Origin: Rhizomicrobium sp.
Lineage (GTDB): Bacteria; Pseudomonadota; Alphaproteobacteria; Micropepsales; Micropepsaceae
Direction: 5' to 3'
DNA length: 64,000 nucleotides
Assembly (NCBI GenBank): GCA_036490345.1
Contig: DASXEA010000017.1
Location: 96-64,095, forward strand
Part shown: in pieces, positions 58,137-64,000 of the stretch
Layout: the number at the start of each line of letters is the position of its first letter
Numbering within the stretch: position 1 is the first letter of the stretch
The notes under the pieces: model-generated
Seen by the model: only the letters and a program-made list of their open reading frames with translations
Told to the model about the DNA's origin: nothing
The model's database searches: none
Made by a program: the position numbers and the translations under genes

Positions 58137-58212
58137 AGATGCCGCCGGAAGTATGTTTGGGCACAATACGGTTGGGCAGAATGTCGAATTGGCACGGGAA
58201 GAGCGTGATCAG

Positions 58213-58989
58213 ATGAGCACCACCAGGCGCGAACTCCGTCTCGTAGCGCTCGAAGGCGTGCCTCTGGTGCGGGCTGGCGACGATCTTGTGTCGCTCATTC
58301 TCACTTCGCTCGAGCATTCGCAACACGCTCTCGAGGAACACGATGTGCTTGTCATCGCGCAGAAGATCGTGTCGAAGGCCGAGGGCCGCATGGTGCGGCT
58401 GGCTGACGTCACGGCTTCGCCGCGCGCGTATGAGATCGCCGCCATTCTCGACAAGGATCCGCGCCTGGCCGAAGTGATCCTGGGCGAAACGCGCGAAATC
58501 CTGCGCATGCGCAGCGGCATCATTGTCGTGGAGGATGCGCGCGGTCTTGTGCTCGCCAATGCCGGGGTCGACGCGTCCAACGTCAACGACGATGGCAGCG
58601 ACGCGCAGGTGCTGCTGCTGCCGGCGGACCCCGATGCGAGCGCGCGGCGCCTGCGTGACGGATTGCGCGCGCGCGCGGGCCGCGACGTGGCCGTGATCAT
58701 CAATGACAGCATCGGCCGCGCCTGGCGCAACGGCACAATCGGCACGGCGATCGGCGTTGCGGGCCTTCCCGGCCTGCTCGACCTGCGCGGCACGGAGGAC
58801 CTTTTCGGCCGCGTTCTGCGGACGACGGATCTCGGCCTTGCCGACGAGGTTGCCGCCGCGGCATCGCTTGTGATGGGTCAGGCGGGAGAAGGCACACCTT
58901 TAGTTCTGGCGCGGGGTGTTCCCTATGCGCGGCGTGACGGCGCGGCCGCGGAATTGCTGCGGGCGAAAGCGCTCGATTTCTTTCGCTGA
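58213..58989 (+). CDS. cofE: Coenzyme F420-0:L-glutamate ligase (stand-alone, no nitroreductase domain)
   Basis: G.P.V..GDDL, VIAQKIVSKAEGR, ANAGVD.SN, LLP.DPD.SA, DS.GR.WR.G, ADE.A.AASL.MGQ..EG.P. Confidence 0.95.
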   Translation: MSTTRRELRLVALEGVPLVRAGDDLVSLILTSLEHSQHALEEHDVLVIAQKIVSKAEGRMVRLADVTASPRAYEIAAILDKDPRLAEVILGETREILRMRSGIIVVEDARGLVLANAGVDASNVNDDGSDAQVLLLPADPDASARRLRDGLRARAGRDVAVIINDSIGRAWRNGTIGTAIGVAGLPGLLDLRGTEDLFGRVLRTTDLGLADEVAAAASLVMGQAGEGTPLVLARGVPYARRDGAAAELLRAKALDFFR

Positions 58990-58995
58990 GCGCCC

Positions 58996-59661
58996 ATGAC
59001 ACTCTGCGTGATCGTTCCGGTGAAGCCGTTCGGATCGGCCAAGAGCAGGCTTTCGCCGGTGCTCGCGCCGGCCGCGCGGCGCGCACTGGCACAGGCACTC
59101 TTTGATCACACAATGGAAGCGCTCGCCGGCTTCTCTGCTCCGGCGCTTGTGATGGTCGTGAGCCGTTCGGCCGCCGCACTCCACGAGGCGGCGGCGCGAG
59201 GATTTGTCCCGCTGAAGGAATCCAGATCATCGGGACTGAATACCGCTCTTGCCCAGGCGGCGGCGCATGCCGGCGATCTCGGTGCTTCACGCATTCTGAT
59301 TCTGCCGACGGACTTGCCCCTGCTCGGCCGCGACGATCTCGACGCGATGGCCGCCTGTGACTGCGCCATCGCGCCTGACCAGCACTTGGCAGGCACCAAC
59401 GCGCTCGTCTGGCCGACGCGCATTGCGCCGCGATTTCATTTCGGCGCGAACAGTTTTGCGCGTCACCTGGCCTTTGCCCGCGCCATGGAGCTGGATCCTG
59501 AGGTCGTGCGCCGCCAGGGGCTGGCCTGCGATGTCGACCTGCCCGGCGATCTGTCTTTCGTCAGCCGAAACGTTTTCGCAGCAGCGGCAAAACCCGGTCG
59601 GCGTAGAGCGCCAGAAAGCGGTTCTGATCGGGGCCCGGGGCGTGGAAGACGAGATGATTGA
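58996..59661 (+). CDS. cofC: 2-phospho-L-lactate/PEP guanylyltransferase CofC/FbiD
   Basis: IVPVK.F..AKSRL, GLN.AL, TDLPLL, GTNAL, F.FG.NSF..H, DVD.P.DL. Confidence 0.93.
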   Translation: MTLCVIVPVKPFGSAKSRLSPVLAPAARRALAQALFDHTMEALAGFSAPALVMVVSRSAAALHEAAARGFVPLKESRSSGLNTALAQAAAHAGDLGASRILILPTDLPLLGRDDLDAMAACDCAIAPDQHLAGTNALVWPTRIAPRFHFGANSFARHLAFARAMELDPEVVRRQGLACDVDLPGDLSFVSRNVFAAAAKPGRRRAPESGSDRGPGRGRRDD

Positions 59662-60568
59662 ATCCCATGTCGAGATAGGCCTTGAGCTTCTCGACATGTT
59701 CTTCGGCGTCGTCTGACACGATCCAGCGACTCGCGGTGCGTTCGGCGGGCAGCGCATCGGCAAGGCGTTCCATGTCGAGTGCGTCATGCACATTGTGTTT
59801 CTCGTCCTGCGACAGCGCCAGCGCGCCCCAGAAGCGCGTGTCTTCCAGGGCGCGATGCCGGTCGGTGTCGAACGAGACTTTCATTTCGATCATGCGATCG
59901 ATGGAATCCGCAGCACGCGACGCCTTTTCGAGGCCGGCGGTCACGTTCGGCAACAGCGTTTCCCGGTAGAGATCGAAATTCTTGCCGCTGGTACAAATGA
60001 AGCCTTCCGCCTTCTCTCCGGCCATGCGCGCCATCAGGGGGCCGGCGCCGGCGATGTAGATCGGCACGCCACCCTCGGGGTGGTCATAGATCGTGGCGTT
60101 TGCCGTGCGATAAAACTGGCCTTCAAAACTGACGCGCTGCTCGCGCCAGAGGAGCTTGATGAGATCGACCGCCTCGCGGAAGCGCTGCGTGCGCTCTTTC
60201 TGCTCCGGCCATGCCATGGCGGTGGCGGGAATCTCGTTCATCGACTCGCCGGTGCCCATGCCGAGGATGACGCGACCGGGAAAGAGCAGACCAAGCGTGC
60301 CGAAAGCCTGGGCCACGATCGAGGGATGATAGCGGAAGGTGGGGGTAAGCACGCTCGTGCCCAGGAGCATGCGCGAGGTTCGCGCGCCAAGCGCGGCCAG
60401 CCAGGACAGCGAGAAGGGCGCGTGGCCGCCGGTGTGGCGCCAGGGCTGGAAATGATCGCTGACGAAAACCGAATCGAAGCCGAGTTCCTCGGCGAGCGTG
60501 GCGTAGCCCAGAAGTTCCCCCGGTCCAAACTGTTCGGCGGAAGCCTTGTAACCCAGTTTCAATGGCAT
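59561..60568 (-). CDS. fgd: F420-dependent glucose-6-phosphate dehydrogenase
   Basis: LKLGYKASAEQF.P, SDHFQPWRH.GGHAPF, GTSVLTPTFRYHP, GTGES.NE, FHAPG.DQ.RF. Confidence 0.9.
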   Translation of the reverse strand: MPLKLGYKASAEQFGPGELLGYATLAEELGFDSVFVSDHFQPWRHTGGHAPFSLSWLAALGARTSRMLLGTSVLTPTFRYHPSIVAQAFGTLGLLFPGRVILGMGTGESMNEIPATAMAWPEQKERTQRFREAVDLIKLLWREQRVSFEGQFYRTANATIYDHPEGGVPIYIAGAGPLMARMAGEKAEGFICTSGKNFDLYRETLLPNVTAGLEKASRAADSIDRMIEMKVSFDTDRHRALEDTRFWGALALSQDEKHNVHDALDMERLADALPAERTASRWIVSDDAEEHVEKLKAYLDMGFNHLVFHAPGPDQNRFLALYADRVLPLLRKRFG

Positions 60569-60720
60569 GTGTCGCCCTCCCATGAGACCGCCAGCCTAAA
60601 GGAACTGCGGGCTCGCGGGAATGTTCCGGCACGGGCCTGATGCGCGAACTTCCGCGCCGGACTCTTGCCCGCACCCGCCGCGCCGCGCATGCTGGCGAAA
60701 TTCGCCGGCAGCGAGCGCAT

Positions 60721-62286
60721 ATGGGACGTGTACGGAATATTTTGTTCATCATGGCCGACCAGCTGAGGGCGGATTACCTGTCCTGCTACGGCCACACGCG
60801 CCTTCAGACTCCGGCGCTCGACGGACTGGCGCGGCGCGCCGTGCGCTTTTCCCGCTCCTATGTGAACGCCACCATCTGCGGGCCGTCGCGCATGTGCTAC
60901 TACACCGGCCGCAGCATGACCTCGCATGGCTCGACCTGGAACACCGTACCGCTGCGGGTGGGCGAGCCGACCCTGGGCGATCATTTGCGTGCACTGGGTC
61001 TGCGCACCGCACTGGTCGGCAAGACGCATGTGGCGGCCGATTGGGACGGGATGGGTCGGCTCGGCCTGTCACCTGTCTCGCGCGCAGGACTCTTTGCCCA
61101 GGAATGCGGCTTCGAGCCTTACGAACGCGACGATGGCCTGCATCCCGATGCGAGCGTCGATCCCGATCTTGCCTACAACACCTATCTGCGCGATCTGGGT
61201 TACGACGCTCCCAATCCGTGGCACAGCGCCGCCAATGCCGGCACGGATTCGCATGGCGAATTGCTGAGCGGCTGGTACATGCGCAATGCCATGGCGCAGG
61301 CAAGAGTAGCCGAGGAGCATTCCGAAACCGCCTATATGACCAACCGCGCGATGGATTTTCTGCGCGAAGCGGGCGACGAACCCTGGTGCCTGCATCTCTC
61401 CTACATCAAGCCGCACTGGCCCTATATCGCGCCCGCGCCGTATCACGCCATGTTTGGCGCCGACGACATCCTTCCCGCCAACCGTTCGCCGAAAGAACGC
61501 GAGAATCCGCACCCCGTCTACGCCGCCTATATGCGGCACACCGAAAGCGAAAGTTTCGCGCGCGAAGAGGTGCGCCGCGCGGTGATCCCCGTCTATATGG
61601 GCCTCATCCGCCAGATCGACGATCATCTCGCCCGGCTCTTTGCATTTGTCGAAGAGCGCGGCCTGATGGAAAATACCATGATCGTGTTCTGTTCCGATCA
61701 CGGCGACTATCTGGGCGATCATTGGCTCGGCGAGAAGGAACTGTTTCACGAGGAATCGGTCCGCGCGCCACTCATCATCTACGATCCGTCACCCGAAGCG
61801 GATGCGCGAAGGGGCGTGGTCGATGAGCGGCTGGTCGAAGCCATCGATCTTGTGCCGACCTTCATCGAGGCCTGCGGCGGAAGCGTGCCGGATCACATCC
61901 TGGAAGGCCGCTCGCTGCTGCCGGCGCTACGCAGCGACGGCACCGTCGCCTTTCGCGATGTGGCCGTGTCGGAACTCGACTACGCCTTCCGCGCCGCGCG
62001 CGCCGAACTCGGCGTGGCGGCCGACAGGGCGCGCGCCTGGATGCTGCGCGGCGAACGCTGGAAATATATTTTCTACGAAGGGTTCCGGCCGCAACTGTTC
62101 GATCTGGTCAACGATCCCCAGGAACGCGAAGATCGCGGCGACGATCCGGACTCCGCTGCGATCCGCAGGGAACATTCCGACATGCTGTTCGAATGGCTGC
62201 GCCGCCGGCACACCCGCATCACCGTCACGAACAGCTACGTCACTACCCGCAAGCGCGCCAGCGGCATCATCATCGGAGAGTGGTAG
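60721..62286 (+). CDS. Sulfatase-like hydrolase (alkaline phosphatase superfamily)
   Basis: NILFIMADQLR, CGPSR (CxPxR formylglycine motif), KPHWPY, SDHGDYLGDH.L.EK. Confidence 0.9.
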   Translation: MGRVRNILFIMADQLRADYLSCYGHTRLQTPALDGLARRAVRFSRSYVNATICGPSRMCYYTGRSMTSHGSTWNTVPLRVGEPTLGDHLRALGLRTALVGKTHVAADWDGMGRLGLSPVSRAGLFAQECGFEPYERDDGLHPDASVDPDLAYNTYLRDLGYDAPNPWHSAANAGTDSHGELLSGWYMRNAMAQARVAEEHSETAYMTNRAMDFLREAGDEPWCLHLSYIKPHWPYIAPAPYHAMFGADDILPANRSPKERENPHPVYAAYMRHTESESFAREEVRRAVIPVYMGLIRQIDDHLARLFAFVEERGLMENTMIVFCSDHGDYLGDHWLGEKELFHEESVRAPLIIYDPSPEADARRGVVDERLVEAIDLVPTFIEACGGSVPDHILEGRSLLPALRSDGTVAFRDVAVSELDYAFRAARAELGVAADRARAWMLRGERWKYIFYEGFRPQLFDLVNDPQEREDRGDDPDSAAIRREHSDMLFEWLRRRHTRITVTNSYVTTRKRASGIIIGEW

Positions 62287-62313
62287 GAAGCCGCCAAAAT
62301 ATTTCCGGGAGCG

Positions 62314-62682
62314 TCATGCCGGCGCCATCGCCAAACCCAATTGGTGGGCCACACCAAATAGTCTCCTGTCGCGCGTCCAGAGTTTCGCCGGGGGGCTCAG
62401 CTTGGCGGACGCGAGCAAATGGGTGTCGACGTAGCCAATTCCGCACCCTGCCAACGCATGATGATCGATAAAATGCAGGATTTCGGTATCCGTCGCGACG
62501 TTCACCCGCGACAATTGCAATAAGGCACTTAACACAGTCTCGCGCTGCCGCAGCTGCCCCAGAGCAAGTTCCCCTACGACAAACGGATGGATAAGCACCG
62601 AGCCGGAATCGAGTAGCGCAAAAAGCGTTTTATCACCGTTGCGCAGGTGATCGACCCAGATCGAGGTATCGACCAAGATCAC
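62314..62682 (-). CDS. vapC: PIN-domain VapC toxin
   Basis: MILVDTSIWVDHLR, HPFV.GELA.G, IGYVD.HLLAS, LWTRD. Confidence 0.9.
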   Translation of the reverse strand: MILVDTSIWVDHLRNGDKTLFALLDSGSVLIHPFVVGELALGQLRQRETVLSALLQLSRVNVATDTEILHFIDHHALAGCGIGYVDTHLLASAKLSPPAKLWTRDRRLFGVAHQLGLAMAPA

Positions 62683-62876
62683 CCGGGGTTGGACCGCCGC
62701 CGCGGCGGAGCCTTGAGGCGCGGTTCACTGCCTCCGAGCCGCGCCAAACGTCGCGCACTTTCCCGCTCGACAAGCGCCTTCAATGCCTCGCGAACGAGAG
62801 CGGATTTTTCCTTCAAGCCGGTAAAATCCTGGGCCTTCGCTACCAAATCATCATCGAGCGCAAGTGTCGTTCGCAT
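62679..62876 (-). CDS. vapB: VapB antitoxin
   Basis: MRTTLALDDDL...A...TG..EKSALVREAL.ALVERESARRLARLGGSEP; 4-nt overlap with vapC. Confidence 0.9.
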   Translation of the reverse strand: MRTTLALDDDLVAKAQDFTGLKEKSALVREALKALVERESARRLARLGGSEPRLKAPPRRRSNPG

Positions 62877-63045
62877 GGCAACCTCAAAGCACGCTTTTAT
62901 CATCAAATGATGCCAGATTCAATGCGGCGCGAATGGTCGGAAGCGGGCAATCGACACCGTATTTCCAGCCGACGCCTTACCCTTTCACCAAAACCGGCCC
63001 ACGACTTGATCGGGGGCGCGACCATCCATTCGCCGCATGTGTGCA

Positions 63046-63073
63046 GTCATGGTTGGCCAGGCCCGGCCACGGC
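63046..63073. repeat. Degenerate REP-like hairpin
   Basis: GTCATGGTTGGCCAGGCCCGGCCACGGC, just after the TonB receptor stop. Confidence 0.5.
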
Positions 63074-63085
63074 AAAAGTGCCCGT

Positions 63086-64000
63086 TCAGAATTTCTGGCC
63101 GAATTTGATGCCGATCATCCTTGGTACGTTTGGAACGATGTAGGGCTCGTTGCCGCAGATCTGTGTCGTGCATTCGGCATAGGTCGAAAGATCGGCGCGG
63201 GTGTCGAAGGCGTTTTCGATGAACAGTTCCGCGTGCCAGGAATCGTTCTCTATACCGAGCGTGAAATCCACAGTGTTGAAACCGGGCTGCTTCCCGAGTG
63301 CTGCGCGAATGGGATACTCGACGCCGGTGACCGGATTGGGCGCCTGGACCCGCAAATCCGCCCAGCTGCCGCTTTGCCCCGAAAGCGTGGCCTGAAAATG
63401 CGCCAGAAAATCGCCGATGTTCCACTGATAGCGGCCGGTCAGATTGCCTTTGTATTTCGGCGTCACCGGCAACTGCGTGCCGGCCCCGGCCCAGGGCGGG
63501 TTGGGATCGAGCGGGCCCGGACATTGCGTGACCGGCTGATCGTTGGCTGGGTTGGTCACGCCGCAAAGCGTGCTGGTGAGATTTGCGTCCGCCACCGTCG
63601 CGGATCCTGTCAGGCTGAAATGCTCGTCGATCAGCCAATCGATATCGCTTTCGGCGCCCTTGATGACTGCCTGGCCGGCATTGTGGATTTCGGTGAACGA
63701 ATTCTGCCCCAGCACGGCATATTGCAGATCGTCCCACTGCTCGTAGAACAGCGAGCCGTTGAAGCGAAGCTGGTTCTGGAACCACGCGGTCTTCCAGCCC
63801 ACTTCGTAATTCGTCAGCGTGTCTGGCTTGTAGGGTGGAATGGTGCCGCGCCGATTGATGCCGCCCGGACGGAAGCCGGTCGAATAGGTGGCGTAAAGCA
63901 TCCGGTCGTCATCGACGTGCCAGGCGAGATTGAGTTTGTGGGTCTCGCCCGTCTCGTTCACACCCTTGTCGAGATTGACGCAAGGCGCGCCGTTCGGCCC
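63086..64000 (-). CDS. TonB-dependent receptor (C-terminal part; 5' end outside window)
   Basis: LYATYSTGFRPGG.NR, NYE.GWK, GAE.D, N.FD.RA, C-terminal PR.IG.KFGQKF with aromatic end. Confidence 0.92.
   Translation of the reverse strand, partial: GPNGAPCVNLDKGVNETGETHKLNLAWHVDDDRMLYATYSTGFRPGGINRRGTIPPYKPDTLTNYEVGWKTAWFQNQLRFNGSLFYEQWDDLQYAVLGQNSFTEIHNAGQAVIKGAESDIDWLIDEHFSLTGSATVADANLTSTLCGVTNPANDQPVTQCPGPLDPNPPWAGAGTQLPVTPKYKGNLTGRYQWNIGDFLAHFQATLSGQSGSWADLRVQAPNPVTGVEYPIRAALGKQPGFNTVDFTLGIENDSWHAELFIENAFDTRADLSTYAECTTQICGNEPYIVPNVPRMIGIKFGQKF

Noticed and set aside
58153-58212. Longer cofE start in the ORF track
   Set aside because: Begins in repeat-adjacent sequence; homology starts at MSTTRRELRL (58213).
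30541-62876. HEPN, PIN and GIY-YIG genes as one anti-phage defence island
   Set aside because: They are scattered over 30 kb, partly pseudogenised, and form no operon.

Overview
GC-rich alphaproteobacterial chromosomal DNA (Rhizomicrobium/Micropepsales-like is my inference, not a database result). Left end: housekeeping block (MmcQ/YjbR fragment, guaA, RsmB-family methyltransferase, guaB, rlmE, tRNA-Gln-CTG). About 7.2-25.6 kb: accessory and general-stress genes (decayed beta-propeller repeat gene, DUF6481, PEP-CTERM protein, xth, csbD, DUF3309, TPR-sulfotransferase, MarR/PadR pairs), four with sigma-EcfG-type promoters. Next come a TetR-regulated EmrAB-TolC pump and a LexA-boxed imuA-imuB-dnaE2 mutagenesis cassette, whose DnaE2 carries an in-frame 144-bp palindromic repeat; a homologous 144-bp copy sits between fbiC and cofE. 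Then a GIY-YIG nuclease inside long inverted repeats, and assorted metabolic genes. About 46.5-51 kb is a mobile-DNA hotspot: DUF5681, orphan VapB, a group II intron 5' remnant, deleted and intact RAYT-type Y1 transposase genes flanking an orphan NTF2-fold immunity-like gene, and an AT-richer propeller-repeat gene. The right end holds a coenzyme F420 cluster (cofD, LLM oxidoreductase, fbiC, cofE, cofC, fgd) plus a sulfatase, bracketed by two VapBC-type toxin-antitoxin pairs, and a partial TonB-dependent receptor. No CRISPR array or rRNA seen. All family calls are from motif recognition, not searches.
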